A stretch of DNA of 64,000 nt from assembly GCA_965197745.1 (NCBI GenBank), contig CBDANS010000006.1, forward strand, positions 992,001 through 1,056,000. Direction: 5' to 3'. Source of the DNA: Opitutales bacterium. Its GTDB lineage: Bacteria > Verrucomicrobiota > Verrucomicrobiia > Opitutales > PNEW01. Position 1 is the first letter of the stretch; each line of letters opens with the position of its first letter. A program made the position numbers and the translations under genes. This document shows positions 34,370-45,157 of this stretch, one piece after another. The notes under the pieces were generated by a model. The model worked only from the letters and a program-made list of their open reading frames with translations. It had not been told where the DNA came from and made no database searches.

Positions 34370-37300
34370 TTAACTGCCGTTGGCGTTAACTGCTTGTAAC
34401 GATTCAACACTTAATTGTTTTTCCCTTAAGGACTCAATTCCGAGAAGCGCCGCCTTTGCCCCCGTCATGGTTGTCATAATACATAGACCCTGTTTAACGG
34501 CGGCGGTCCGTATGATATTTTCGTCACGCCTTGGAATTCCCCCTGATGGGGTGTTGATTACCATTTGAATCTGCCCGTTTTTAATCAGATCGACGACATT
34601 CGGCCGCCCTTCTGCAATCCTGTGAATCGTTTTTACTTTTACTCCCTCGTTCTTAAAGTAGCGGGCGGTTCCCTGAGTAGAATATATTTTGAATCCGAGT
34701 TCCAGTAACTTTCGCGCCAGCCCTACAGCAGTTTTTTTATCGCTGTCTTTAACACTGAGAAAAACAGTCCCACTGGGGGGAAGCGGCGCACCTGCGGCCA
34801 TTTGTGTTTTAGCAAAAGCGAGCCCTAAATCATCATCAAGCCCCATCACTTCACCGGTGCTGCGCATTTCCGGGGTAAGTGTTATGGGCGACCCGGGAAA
34901 ACGAACAAATGGAAAAACCGATTCCTTTACAGCCCAAATATTACATTTTGCTTCATGATTGAATTCCAGATCTTTGAGTTTAGCGCCTGCCATAACCTGG
35001 GCTGCCAGTTTAGCCAGAGGAACGCCTATTGCCTTGCTTACAAATGGCACGGTCCGCGAAGCCCGTGGGTTGACTTCAAGCACGTATAATTCCTCGTTTT
35101 TTATGGCATATTGCACGTTCATAAGACCGACAACTTCGAGCTCTTTTGCCAGGGCGTGCGTGGCCTCTTTTACCTCTCGAATCATTTCCTCTTTGAGGGT
35201 GTGGGGTGGGAGCACCATCGCGGCGTCACCACTATGCACCCCCGCTTCCTCAATATGTTCAAGCATGCCGCCAATGATCGTTTCGTCACCGTCACTTATG
35301 GCGTCTACATCAAGTTCAATTGCATCTTCAAGGAACTTATCGAGAAGGACCGGCTTACCGGGCGCGGCATCGAACGCCTCTTTTGCCACCCTTCTCATTT
35401 CTTCCATCTCATAGACAATAAACATTCCACGTCCTCCCAAAACGAAAGAGGGTCTGAGAAGCACAGGAAGCCCAATGTCCTCAGCGGCAACGTACGCCTC
35501 CTCCAGGGTCAGGGCGATCGCGTTAACAGGTTGTTTCAAGCCAATTTTATCAAGTATGGCCTTGAATCGTTCTCTGTCTTCAGCCATCTCAATATTTTCA
35601 GGCGAAGTGCCAATGATGTTTACCCCATTCGCTTTAAGATCGGTCGCAAGGTTGAGGGGTGTCTGACCACCAAGCTGCACGATGACACCGAAACAATTTT
35701 CCTGTCGGTAAATCGCCAATACATCTTCAAGCGTGAGCGGTTCAAAATAGAGACGGTCAGAAGTATCATAATCCGTGCTCACGGTCTCGGGATTAGAATT
35801 GACCATGATTGTCTCATACCCTGCTTCGCGAAGGGCAAAAGAGGCATGGACACAACAGTAGTCAAATTCAATTCCCTGTCCGATACGATTCGGGCCCCCA
35901 CCCAAGATCATAATCTTGCGCCGATCAGACGGGATGATTTCGTTTTCATCACCGTATGATGAGTAATAGTACGGGGTGAATGCATCAAACTCAGCGGCAC
36001 AGGTGTCAACGAGACGGTAGACCGTATCGACAAAATGTTTCTTGCGTAAAGCGCTTAAGTCATTGAACGCGATTCCGGTAAGGTGGGCTATCTGCGTATC
36101 GGAAAAGCCATATTCTTTTGCCTGACGCAGCAAGCCCGGATTTAATCCGCTTGGCCCTTTTTCGACAAGCGTGTTTTCCATGGTAACAATTTCACTGAGC
36201 TGAAATAGAAACCAGCGGTCGATAGCTGTATATTCGAATATTTCATCAATATTCATGCCGGCTTTTAACGCGAACCGTATAAATTGAACCCGTTCGGGTG
36301 TGGGTCGGGCCAGCCCTGCGCGTACCTTCACTAAATCTGTGACTTCATCTCCCCCCAGTGTTCCTCCACCGCCTAACCCTCGCGTGCCTATCTCAAGCGA
36401 GCGCAGTGCTTTTTGAAATGACTCTTTGAATGTGCGCCCGATTGCCATCGCTTCACCCACCGATTTCATCGATGAGGTGAGGGTATCATCCGCCTCCTGA
36501 AACTTCTCAAAGGTGAATCGAGGCATTTTGGTTACAACATAATCGATGGTGGGTTCGAAGCAGGCAGGCGTCTCCTTGGTTATATCATTGCGAATTTCAT
36601 CGAGGGTGTACCCTACGGCAAGCTTGGCCGCGATCTTGGCAATGGGGAAGCCCGTCGCTTTGGACGCAAGCGCTGAGGAGCGTGAAACGCGCGGGTTCAT
36701 TTCAATAATCACCATGCGGCCATTCTCAGGATTGACCGCAAACTGAATATTGCTGCCCCCGGTCTCCACCCCGATTTCCCGTATACAGGCAAAGGAGGCA
36801 TCACGCATCAGTTGATATTCTTTGTCCGTCAGAGTCATCGCTGGCGCTACCGTAATGGAATCACCCGTGTGTACTCCCATCGGATCAAAATTTTCAATCG
36901 AACAGATGACCACGCATTGATCCTGCTTGTCGCGCATGACTTCCATCTCATATTCTTTCCAGCCCACGAGGCATTCCTCGACGAGGATCTGGTGGACGGG
37001 TGATCTATCCAACCCTTGTTGAACGATATCTTCATATTCTTCGTGGTTGTACGCAATCCCGCTTCCTGATCCACCCAAAGTAAAACTGGGGCGAATAATT
37101 ATGGGGTATTGTCCTATATCATTTACGGCTGCGCGCGCTTCTTCTAAGGAGCGGGCGTAGGCAGAACGGGCGACATCAAGACCGATTCGGGACATGGCGA
37201 CTTTAAACAGCTCTCGGTCTTCACCTTTTAATATCGCTTCGATCTGGGCACCGATAACACTGACACCATATTTGTTAAGAATTCCCTGCTTATCGAGGTC

Positions 37301-37600
37301 GATCGTTAGATTAAGGGCTGTTTGCCCGCCCAGGGTTGGAAGCAGCGCGTCGGGCTTTTCCTTTTTTATAATCAACTCCAGCATTTCGGTCGTCAGGGGC
37401 TCGATGTATGTAACATCGGCAAATTCAGGATCCGTCATGATGGTGGCCGGATTACTATTAACGAGAATTACCTTGAAGCCTTCTTCACGCAGCGCTTTGC
37501 AGGCCTGCGTGCCGCTGTAATCGAACTCGCACGCCTGTCCGATGATTATCGGCCCGGATCCAATGATAAGAATGGAATTTATGTCCGACCTTTTAGGCAT
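34370..37600 (-). CDS. carB: Carbamoyl-phosphate synthase large subunit
   Basis: [27 protein letters not shown], duplicated ATP-grasp domains, MGS domain. Confidence 0.99.
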   Translation of the reverse strand: MPKRSDINSILIIGSGPIIIGQACEFDYSGTQACKALREEGFKVILVNSNPATIMTDPEFADVTYIEPLTTEMLELIIKKEKPDALLPTLGGQTALNLTIDLDKQGILNKYGVSVIGAQIEAILKGEDRELFKVAMSRIGLDVARSAYARSLEEARAAVNDIGQYPIIIRPSFTLGGSGSGIAYNHEEYEDIVQQGLDRSPVHQILVEECLVGWKEYEMEVMRDKQDQCVVICSIENFDPMGVHTGDSITVAPAMTLTDKEYQLMRDASFACIREIGVETGGSNIQFAVNPENGRMVIIEMNPRVSRSSALASKATGFPIAKIAAKLAVGYTLDEIRNDITKETPACFEPTIDYVVTKMPRFTFEKFQEADDTLTSSMKSVGEAMAIGRTFKESFQKALRSLEIGTRGLGGGGTLGGDEVTDLVKVRAGLARPTPERVQFIRFALKAGMNIDEIFEYTAIDRWFLFQLSEIVTMENTLVEKGPSGLNPGLLRQAKEYGFSDTQIAHLTGIAFNDLSALRKKHFVDTVYRLVDTCAAEFDAFTPYYYSSYGDENEIIPSDRRKIMILGGGPNRIGQGIEFDYCCVHASFALREAGYETIMVNSNPETVSTDYDTSDRLYFEPLTLEDVLAIYRQENCFGVIVQLGGQTPLNLATDLKANGVNIIGTSPENIEMAEDRERFKAILDKIGLKQPVNAIALTLEEAYVAAEDIGLPVLLRPSFVLGGRGMFIVYEMEEMRRVAKEAFDAAPGKPVLLDKFLEDAIELDVDAISDGDETIIGGMLEHIEEAGVHSGDAAMVLPPHTLKEEMIREVKEATHALAKELEVVGLMNVQYAIKNEELYVLEVNPRASRTVPFVSKAIGVPLAKLAAQVMAGAKLKDLEFNHEAKCNIWAVKESVFPFVRFPGSPITLTPEMRSTGEVMGLDDDLGLAFAKTQMAAGAPLPPSGTVFLSVKDSDKKTAVGLARKLLELGFKIYSTQGTARYFKNEGVKVKTIHRIAEGRPNVVDLIKNGQIQMVINTPSGGIPRRDENIIRTAAVKQGLCIMTTMTGAKAALLGIESLREKQLSVESLQAVNANGS

Positions 37601-37797
37601 ATTAATTTATGGACACAGTAATGATCTACACTCCTCAAGGGGCAAGCGAAATTCGGTTGATTCAAAAAAATCGGCGTTATGCTATTCCACAGAATACGAA
37701 TTGCATTTTTCTGAATCACAACCCCTGGAACAATTGTGCTAAAAATCCCCTGTGTATTTCTTGTTATTTTCTAACGATTGCATAAGCTGGTAGCACT

Positions 37798-38154
37798 ATG
37801 TCAGAAATTATACTTTATCACAACCCGCAATGCAGCAAGAGCAGGCAGACCCTTGAACTCCTTCTCGAACGTGGGACAAATCCAAGGGTAATACACTACC
37901 TGGATACACCCCCGGACATAAAAACGCTCAGCCGCTTACTTCAATTGCTGGAAGGCGACCCAAATTCCTTCATTCGAAAAAAAGAACACCGCTATGAGGA
38001 GCTTGGGATTGAAAAAATGAACCCGGACCGAGCGCAATTGCTTCAATTAATGGTGGAAAATCCAATCCTTATTGAAAGACCGATCGCGGTTAAAGGAGAT
38101 GTTGCTGTAATCGGACGTCCCCCCGAAAATGTATTAGCGCTCCTGGACCGTTAA
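37798..38154 (+). CDS. arsC: ArsC-family (glutaredoxin-type) arsenate reductase
   Basis: HNPQCSKSR, PILIERPI, IGRPPE. Confidence 0.85.
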   Translation: MSEIILYHNPQCSKSRQTLELLLERGTNPRVIHYLDTPPDIKTLSRLLQLLEGDPNSFIRKKEHRYEELGIEKMNPDRAQLLQLMVENPILIERPIAVKGDVAVIGRPPENVLALLDR

Positions 38155-38966
38155 TGAATTTTTATAACAAACTGGATCGTGCATGGAGTGATAGCAATTC
38201 GCTGGTGTGTGTTGGGCTCGATACTGATTTAGACAAAATCCCGGGTCATCTTAAAGCCTTGCCCCACCCAGTTTATGAATTTAACAAGCAAATTATTGCG
38301 GCCACGGCAGATCTTGTCTGCGCTTATAAATTGCAAATTGCCTATTACAACGGGCAGGCGATAGAAGACCAGCTTAGACAAACGATAAATTATCTCGCCG
38401 GGGATTATCCCCACTTACCGATTATCCTTGATGCCAAACGTAATGATATAGGGAATACCGCGGCGATGTATGCTAAAGAGGCTTTTGATCGCTATGACGC
38501 TGATGCCGTCACGGTCAATCCATACCTCGGCGGCGACTCGCTCCAACCATTTTTAGAGCGCAAAGATAAAGGCACTATCATTCTCTGTCGTACCTCCAAT
38601 CCCGGGGGTAATGATTTGCAGAATCTGGAGATGAATGGATGCCCTCTCTATCAAATAGTAGCCGAAACCGCCGCCCGGAAATGGAACGCCAACGCAAATA
38701 TCGCGCTCGTCGTAGGCGCGACTTACCCCCATGAACTGGGAAAAGTTCGCAGTATCGTTGGATCCATGCCCTTACTGGTCCCGGGTGTTGGCGCCCAGGG
38801 TGGAGACGTGGATACCTTTGTTAAAATCGGCCTTTCTGAAAACGGGACTGGGATGATTATCAACTCATCCCGCGGCATTATTTATGCCGGGGAGGGGATG
38901 GATTTCGCCGGCGCTGCGCGCAATGCCGCGCTTGAGCTGCGCGATGCGATTAATCTGTGTCGGTAG
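38154..38966 (+). CDS. pyrF: Orotidine-5'-phosphate decarboxylase
   Basis: CVGLD, DAKRNDIGNT, NPYLG.D, RTSNPG, VVGAT, PGVGAQGG, NSSRGI; TAATG coupling to arsC. Confidence 0.95.
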   Translation: MNFYNKLDRAWSDSNSLVCVGLDTDLDKIPGHLKALPHPVYEFNKQIIAATADLVCAYKLQIAYYNGQAIEDQLRQTINYLAGDYPHLPIILDAKRNDIGNTAAMYAKEAFDRYDADAVTVNPYLGGDSLQPFLERKDKGTIILCRTSNPGGNDLQNLEMNGCPLYQIVAETAARKWNANANIALVVGATYPHELGKVRSIVGSMPLLVPGVGAQGGDVDTFVKIGLSENGTGMIINSSRGIIYAGEGMDFAGAARNAALELRDAINLCR

Positions 38967-39366
38967 CTTCATCGCCAGCAGTCTGCCCTCGAGAGGACCT
39001 CCCCGCAGCAGGGTCGATTGCACGGTTTAGAGTTTGAATCAATTTATCAATACGAAACGGTTTTTCCACATAATCATAAGCTCCGTACTTAAAAGCTTTC
39101 ATCGCGATTTCAGACGAAGAGTATCCGGTAATCATGACAACGACGGCATGGGAGTCATAGGCTTTGATCTTCTTCAATAGCTCTATTCCGTCCATGGGTT
39201 TCATGGATACATCCGCGAGCACGACATCAAATTTGTGCTCTTTGTACCGCTTCAGGGCGTCATAGCCACTGTAAAAGCATTCATACTCAAGTCCCGCAGA
39301 TTGAACCACCTCTCCCAACATTTCGTGGACGGCCTGTAAGTCGTCAACTATCATGACTGAAGGCAT
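38950..39366 (-). CDS. Single-domain response regulator receiver
   Basis: IVDD, D..M..MDG, ITG, KPF. Confidence 0.88.
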   Translation of the reverse strand: MPSVMIVDDLQAVHEMLGEVVQSAGLEYECFYSGYDALKRYKEHKFDVVLADVSMKPMDGIELLKKIKAYDSHAVVVMITGYSSSEIAMKAFKYGAYDYVEKPFRIDKLIQTLNRAIDPAAGRSSRGQTAGDEATDTD

Positions 39367-39448
39367 AGGCAGTCTCCTGTCATCTCAGTGGGCAAACCGA
39401 GATGCGATAAGTCGTAGCAATATCCGATTAGTCTTTACGGGCAATGTA

Positions 39449-40615
39449 TCAGCCGCCGACCGCTCCCGCCAGGTTGAATATAGGCAGGAACATGGCCATG
39501 ACAATACCACCGATAACGACTCCAAGGAAGCAGATCAGCAACGGTTCCATAAGCGACGTCAACGCTTCAACCAGAACTTCGATCTCCGCATCATAGAAAT
39601 CGGATATCTTGTCCATCATCCCATCCACGTTACCCGTTGATTCCCCGGCTTTGGACATATGTTTAACCATGGGTGGGAAAAAGGGATTATTGGCTACCAC
39701 TTCAGATAACTGCCCGCCCTGGCTGATATGCCTCGTTATGTCAATTACCGCCGCTTCAATGAAGGTATTTCCGCTCGCGCGACCGACAATTGCTAACGCA
39801 TTTAATATGGGAACACCGCTCCGCATTAAAATGGCGTAGGTGCGGCAGAAACGCGAGATGGCGATTTTCTGTATCAAATTCCCGAGAACGGGTAATTTAA
39901 AAAGGACACGGTCCTTCCCTATGCGCCCTTTGGGGGTGCTGATTACTTTCATAAGTACCTTATAAAATACGATTAAAGCAATAATGATATAGATAATATA
40001 AGATTTAAGAAAATCACTGAGATCAATGAGCATCTGAGTGGGCTTGGGCAGTTCCTGGCCAAAATCCGCGAACATTTCGGCAAATACAGGAATGACAAAT
40101 ACAAGGAGGACATTGACTAATCCGACGGCCAAACAAATAACGGCCACAGGATAAGTCATCGCTCCCTTTACCTGCCTGGATAGTTTAACACTTTCTTCAA
40201 AATAGACTGCCACCTTGCCGAGAATATCGGCGAGTCCTCCACTCGCTTCACCTGCCTCGACCATAGAGATAAAAAGGTTGGGGAAGGCATTCGGATATTT
40301 GCGGACCGCGTCTGAAAATGATGTTCCACTGGATACATCAGTTCTGACCTCTCGAATAATAATTTGAAAAACAGGTTCTTCCGCTTGCTCCTGAAGCGCT
40401 TCAAGAGCAGAAACGAGAGGAAGTCCCGCTTCCAGCATGGATGCCAGTTGCTGGGTAAATACAGCAAGCTGGTCGAGCTTTATTCTCTTTTTCTTGGATT
40501 GTTTCTCGTAAGCTTTTTGTTTTGCGAGCTTCTGTGACTCCATGAAGCTCATTTTCTTCCCAGGAGCCCCTCCTCCTACTTGGGATGGTGATGCACTCGA
40601 AGATATTAATGCCAT
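39449..40615 (-). CDS. Type II secretion F / PilC-family inner-membrane platform protein
   Basis: FTQQLASMLEAGLPL, AGEASG.L, AMTYP, GESTG, EP..I...G..IG.IV.AMFLPIF. Confidence 0.92.
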   Translation of the reverse strand: MALISSSASPSQVGGGAPGKKMSFMESQKLAKQKAYEKQSKKKRIKLDQLAVFTQQLASMLEAGLPLVSALEALQEQAEEPVFQIIIREVRTDVSSGTSFSDAVRKYPNAFPNLFISMVEAGEASGGLADILGKVAVYFEESVKLSRQVKGAMTYPVAVICLAVGLVNVLLVFVIPVFAEMFADFGQELPKPTQMLIDLSDFLKSYIIYIIIALIVFYKVLMKVISTPKGRIGKDRVLFKLPVLGNLIQKIAISRFCRTYAILMRSGVPILNALAIVGRASGNTFIEAAVIDITRHISQGGQLSEVVANNPFFPPMVKHMSKAGESTGNVDGMMDKISDFYDAEIEVLVEALTSLMEPLLICFLGVVIGGIVMAMFLPIFNLAGAVGG

Positions 40616-40726
40616 TGTATAAATTCTGGTTGAGATTTGTTTGTTTCCCGTAATTTACACCATTGTTAAAGAGATTTAAAGTCTTTTTTTCAAGGTCATT
40701 CCCCCTTTAACCCTCGTCGTTGGGTC

Positions 40727-41368
40727 TTATTCGCTGTCTTTATTTAACCGACGTTGTGGTAAAGACTTGCGCGCGTTTTCTCTCTCCTGGTGTGAGATTT
40801 CCCCGTCACCGTCGGTATCGAACCGTTTAAGCCTGTCTTTTCTTGACTGTTCAGCATGTTCTTTTTCTCCATCTGACAAGATCCCATCGTTATCCAGGTC
40901 GAATCGCTCCATCATTTTTTTCCGGTGCTGCGATCTCTCCCCCTGCATCGTCTCCCGAGCTACAGCCCTCTCTTCATCTGACAGCTCTCCATCCCCGTCT
41001 CTGTCGAAGCGTTTAATCATCCGTTCTCTAAATTCTCTTCCCCGCTGGGGCATCTCCCGGCGGGCATGCTCTCGCTCTATGTCAGAGAGTATACCGTCCC
41101 CATCTTTATCAAATCGCTCCAGCATGCGCTCATGGTGGGCCCCATCCCGGTTCCCACGCATCTCGGTTTTTGCCCTTTCTTTTTCCGCTTCCGAGATGGT
41201 TCCATCGCTATCGGTGTCATATTTTTCCAGAAATCGGGTGTGTGCCGGCCGATTATCCCCATTTTTATCAGCGAGTTCTGCACGTAGGCTGATTCCACTT
41301 AAGATGAGAATACCCGTGAGTATCAACCCTCCCATCCAAATTTGATTATTGCTGTATTTTAACATCAC
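40727..41368 (-). CDS. Secreted EF-hand protein
   Basis: Five DxDxDGxI/LSxxE loops, N-terminal signal peptide. Confidence 0.85.
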   Translation of the reverse strand: MMLKYSNNQIWMGGLILTGILILSGISLRAELADKNGDNRPAHTRFLEKYDTDSDGTISEAEKERAKTEMRGNRDGAHHERMLERFDKDGDGILSDIEREHARREMPQRGREFRERMIKRFDRDGDGELSDEERAVARETMQGERSQHRKKMMERFDLDNDGILSDGEKEHAEQSRKDRLKRFDTDGDGEISHQERENARKSLPQRRLNKDSE

Positions 41369-41531
41369 TTATTTATCTCCAATTTGTTATTTTAATACTT
41401 CTTCTCTAAACTGATAGCCTATAAACCCGTCTAATCTTAATTAAGTTGCAGGATCATCAGGAATTTTCGTAAATTCACCCCTTTTCATTTCAGGTGAATG
41501 TGCCCCCAAGTTTAGGTTTAAGAGTTAAACT

Positions 41532-41918
41532 ATGTTCCAAGTGACCTTCAGCGACCAGAGTATGGACGAGTTAAAGAAACTCGACATGACTGATCAACTC
41601 CATCTCGTCGAGCAGATAAGCAATGTAACGAGCGAGCAGCTTATTCATCCACGAGAACCGCTTAATAAGTTCTCGCGGGATGGCACTGATTTCTACCGTT
41701 TGCGTGTTGGCGACTACCGTTTTTATTTCGAAATCGAAAATAATACCTTATTCAGCCATTACATCCTTCACAAGAATACCCTTACTGATTTTGTCTTCAG
41801 AACGAAACTGCCTATTTCCGAGGAGCTCATCATGGAACAGAACCATTCATTCTGGAAATATCTCAGTAGTTTAAAAAAGAACAGCACCAGTCGCGACGCA
41901 TTGAGACTCGATGACTAA
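41532..41918 (+). CDS. RelE/ParE-superfamily protein, no adjacent antitoxin
   Basis: FQVTFSDQSMDELKKL...FYRLRVGDYRFYF. Confidence 0.7.
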   Translation: MFQVTFSDQSMDELKKLDMTDQLHLVEQISNVTSEQLIHPREPLNKFSRDGTDFYRLRVGDYRFYFEIENNTLFSHYILHKNTLTDFVFRTKLPISEELIMEQNHSFWKYLSSLKKNSTSRDALRLDD

Positions 41919-41923
41919 CAGTT

Positions 41924-42772
41924 ATGCCAGTGGCTAAAAACAAAAGCCCTAAAGACAGTAAATACGCGGACGCCGATGAGGCGAGCCACATTTATGTCCT
42001 GCCTAATCTGATGACCGCCGGAAATCTTTTTTGCGGTTTCCTCGCGGTCATACGTTGTATCCAGGCAAAATTTGCCGAATCGGTGCAAATCGCTGATGAA
42101 ATCGTGAAGGAGGCGCGCATTCCAGAAGACCTCTATGAACAGGCTGTATGGTTTATCCTGGCTGCTGTAATCTTCGATATTCTTGACGGTCGGTTGGCTC
42201 GTTTGGGAGGCAGGGAATCGCTTTTCGGCAAGGAGTTCGACTCCATTGCTGATATCGTCTCTTTCGGTATGGCCCCGGCATTGATGGTCTTTTTCCTTAT
42301 TCTATCCCCTACTGAACACTACCCCTTTTTTCGTCATTTAGGCTGGCTCGTGGGTTTTATTTACCTCCTTTGCAGCGCTGTCCGCCTAGCGCGGCATAAT
42401 GTAATCAGCCATCCCCTTATTGAAACAAAAACTGATCTATCTACCCTTGATTTCCAGGGTTTGCCAGTACCGGCTGCGGCGGGGATGATTGCCTCACTTG
42501 TATTACTCATTAACAGCTATAATCTCAAGGCCAGTGCCATTTTTCTTCCCGTCTTACTGTTATTAATTGCTTTTCTTATGGTAAGTAATATTCGCTATCC
42601 CAGCTTTAAAGCGATCGATTGGAAAACACAGACAAAATTACGCAGCTTTATTTATCTCTTTGGCGGTGTTGCCCTCGTTTATCATTTCCGCTGGTTTGCC
42701 ATAGCCATCCTCTTTTTCGCATATATTTTTTATGGGCTGGTCCGTCATTTTAGAGTAAATCGGCTGTCGTGA
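41924..42772 (+). CDS. pssA: CDP-diacylglycerol--serine O-phosphatidyltransferase
   Basis: LPNLMT.GN, D.LDGRLAR, FG.EFDS.AD.VSFG.APA, RLAR, F.GLP.PAA, LMVS. Confidence 0.92.
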   Translation: MPVAKNKSPKDSKYADADEASHIYVLPNLMTAGNLFCGFLAVIRCIQAKFAESVQIADEIVKEARIPEDLYEQAVWFILAAVIFDILDGRLARLGGRESLFGKEFDSIADIVSFGMAPALMVFFLILSPTEHYPFFRHLGWLVGFIYLLCSAVRLARHNVISHPLIETKTDLSTLDFQGLPVPAAAGMIASLVLLINSYNLKASAIFLPVLLLLIAFLMVSNIRYPSFKAIDWKTQTKLRSFIYLFGGVALVYHFRWFAIAILFFAYIFYGLVRHFRVNRLS

Positions 42773-42944
42773 ATGGCCCTTTCTCATAACTGCGAATAAT
42801 CGATGGAGAACCCGTTAATAAAGTACGAATTGATGCAAATAGAAACCGGCTCAAGAATCCATTCTCATCCTTTTATAAAGTTATTCGGCGCTATAACTGT
42901 AACATAAGGCTTTAAATAATAATTACTTAAAGCTACTATGCTAT

Positions 42945-43005
42945 TTTTTCACATCCTAATAATAAGAGTAATAAAATTTAAATATATATCTATATATTAA
43001 ATATC
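42945..43005 (+). promoter_or_regulatory. Candidate oriC unwinding module (DnaA box, trio-like repeats, AT-rich tract)
   Basis: TTTTTCACA (fits TTWTNCACA), then cTAATAATAAgagTAATAA, then ttaaatatatatctatatattaaatat, directly upstream of dnaN. Confidence 0.55.
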
Positions 43006-43046
43006 ATTGCCAATAAGTCCCTAAACTTCCTTATTTAAAGTTCTGT

Positions 43047-44177
43047 ATGCATTTTAAGATTCATCGCGATCATTTCAGTAACGGTTTGCAACAAGTCCTT
43101 AATGTCGTAGGGACGCGGGTAACGATGCCCATATTAAGTAATGTTCTCATCGAAACCGAAGATGATGGTATTACCCTAACGACGACCAATCTTGATCTTG
43201 GAATCCGATGCAAAATACAAGCCTCGGTCTCGGAACCCGGAGGCATTACATTGCCGGTTCGTAAGCTCTCAACGATTGTTCGTGAGCTCCCTAACCTGGA
43301 AGTTAATTTTGAAGTCTCACCCAATCACCAGTCTAAAATTACTTCCGGGGGTTCGCTCTTTCGTATTATGGGAATCGCCAAAGACGAATTTCCTCCCCTC
43401 CCTACCTTCAGCGATAAAAGTGTATTTCTTTTTAAACAGGATGAGCTCGCTCGCATGCTTAAAAATGTGTCTTATGCTCAATCCAATGACGAAACCCGTT
43501 ACATTATGAATGGGGTCTACTTTAATTTTGAAAATGAAAAACTAACGCTAGCCGCGACCGACGGACGGAGACTGGCAGTTACCAGTATTGATATGGAAAT
43601 TGAAGACAGTAACACCGGTAACCTCATCCTGCCGGCAAAAACAGGCGCGGAGGTAGAGCGCCTCCTGGGACAAGGTGATGATGTAAAAATCGCCTTCAAT
43701 GACCGACAGGTTTCGATTGAAATAAACGCTAACTCAGATGAAGCTGATTCAGGACTCATTGGGAGTATTGAGCTTGTATCCAAGGTGGTCGAAGGCAATT
43801 ACCCCAATTATCACCAGGTAATACCGAAGGAAACGGAACAGCGCGTTAAAGTTGAGCGTGAGTTGCTTCTTGATTGTGTTCGCCGTGCCGCGCTCGTGAC
43901 CAGCGATAAAAATAACTCGGTAAAAATAAAAGCAACCGAGAACCTACTGGAAATCAGTGGATCGAGCCCGGAGTATGGGGAGTCGCACGAATCGATTGCG
44001 GTCGCGTATGAAGGCCCGGAGGTGCAGGTGGCTTTCAATCCTCAATTCCTCGTAGATCCCCTCAAAGCGATTACTAAAGACGAGGTGATATTTGAGTTTA
44101 AAGACGAACTGAGCCCGGGTGTATTGCGAACCCTGGAGAGTTTTATGTGCGTTATCATGCCTTTACGGCTTAATTAA
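43047..44177 (+). CDS. dnaN: DNA polymerase III beta sliding clamp
   Basis: [50 protein letters not shown]. Confidence 0.97.
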   Translation: MHFKIHRDHFSNGLQQVLNVVGTRVTMPILSNVLIETEDDGITLTTTNLDLGIRCKIQASVSEPGGITLPVRKLSTIVRELPNLEVNFEVSPNHQSKITSGGSLFRIMGIAKDEFPPLPTFSDKSVFLFKQDELARMLKNVSYAQSNDETRYIMNGVYFNFENEKLTLAATDGRRLAVTSIDMEIEDSNTGNLILPAKTGAEVERLLGQGDDVKIAFNDRQVSIEINANSDEADSGLIGSIELVSKVVEGNYPNYHQVIPKETEQRVKVERELLLDCVRRAALVTSDKNNSVKIKATENLLEISGSSPEYGESHESIAVAYEGPEVQVAFNPQFLVDPLKAITKDEVIFEFKDELSPGVLRTLESFMCVIMPLRLN

Positions 44178-44246
44178 TTCGGTCTGTAATCGGCAAATTT
44201 AATTATACGGTTTCTTATAATCGTATTATCTTTATAATATATATTC

Positions 44247-45134
44247 ATGTCTCTCTACCTGGACATCGCTCATGGTCTTCTCGTTCTTATCCTGGTAACG
44301 TTAGCCTTTACTTATGCCAGCATTCATTATGCCTCCCCAATTCTCGCTATTTTCTCACGGTGGTCACGCTGGTTGTTATTTGCTTTTACCTTTGCTTACC
44401 TCGCTGGATACTTTGGCAGTTCCACCCGCCCATTCTGGGTCCTCACCCTTTCCGCTTTCCTTCTATGGTTCGTCTTTGAGACCGGGTATTACTGGTTGGC
44501 GATTTCCCACCTGAGCCGTAGTTACCAACCTCTTTTCCCCGACTTCCGGACCAATAGCGCCGGTGATGAATGGCCCAACCAGAGCCACTTTATAACGCTG
44601 CGGGAGTGGCTTCGCAGCCAGGGGTTTTCTCCGCTGATCGCCCTTAAAGCGGAGTTGGAACAGAACTTTTCATTGCGCGCATCGATTTATCAAAGCAGCG
44701 ATAATATTATACGCCTGCAAATTCTCTTTGTGCCCCAACGCAGCGGCAATGTTTCAGTCTGTTATATCCTGAGTTCGATTGCCGGTGATGGTTCACGCCT
44801 CATCACAGATAACTTCTTCCTCCCCTATGGCGGTTTTTATCCCGAGCAGTGGTACATCGAACGTAAGCCGTGGAACCGCTCTCCGCAGCGCTTATTAAAA
44901 CGCCATCGCAGACGGATGGTTAAGTTCGGTGGTGCTTTCAACTCATGGGATGACGATCCGCTCGATGATATAAACGCCCAACAGCGTCATCTCGAGCGTA
45001 TCAATATTGAGTTGGGTTTTCTCTTTCCCCGGGAACTCCATGAAAAACATGGTAAAATTACCTGGGAAGGTCGCTACCGTGTGTGGAAAGAACTCTGGCT
45101 TCTCAATTATTTGGGGATTGCCCAAAGTTATTGA
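44247..45134 (+). CDS. Hypothetical membrane-anchored protein
   Basis: 295-aa ORF, three N-terminal TM helices plus a soluble domain. Confidence 0.7.
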   Translation: MSLYLDIAHGLLVLILVTLAFTYASIHYASPILAIFSRWSRWLLFAFTFAYLAGYFGSSTRPFWVLTLSAFLLWFVFETGYYWLAISHLSRSYQPLFPDFRTNSAGDEWPNQSHFITLREWLRSQGFSPLIALKAELEQNFSLRASIYQSSDNIIRLQILFVPQRSGNVSVCYILSSIAGDGSRLITDNFFLPYGGFYPEQWYIERKPWNRSPQRLLKRHRRRMVKFGGAFNSWDDDPLDDINAQQRHLERINIELGFLFPRELHEKHGKITWEGRYRVWKELWLLNYLGIAQSY

Positions 45135-45157
45135 TCCCTGGTGGGGACCAATCTTAA

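Noticed and set aside
35111..35959. 282-aa plus-strand ORF and other ORFs within carB
   Set aside because: Antisense to the highly conserved carB.
40767..41345. Ser-rich 192-aa ORF
   Set aside because: Antisense artefact of the repetitive EF-hand gene.
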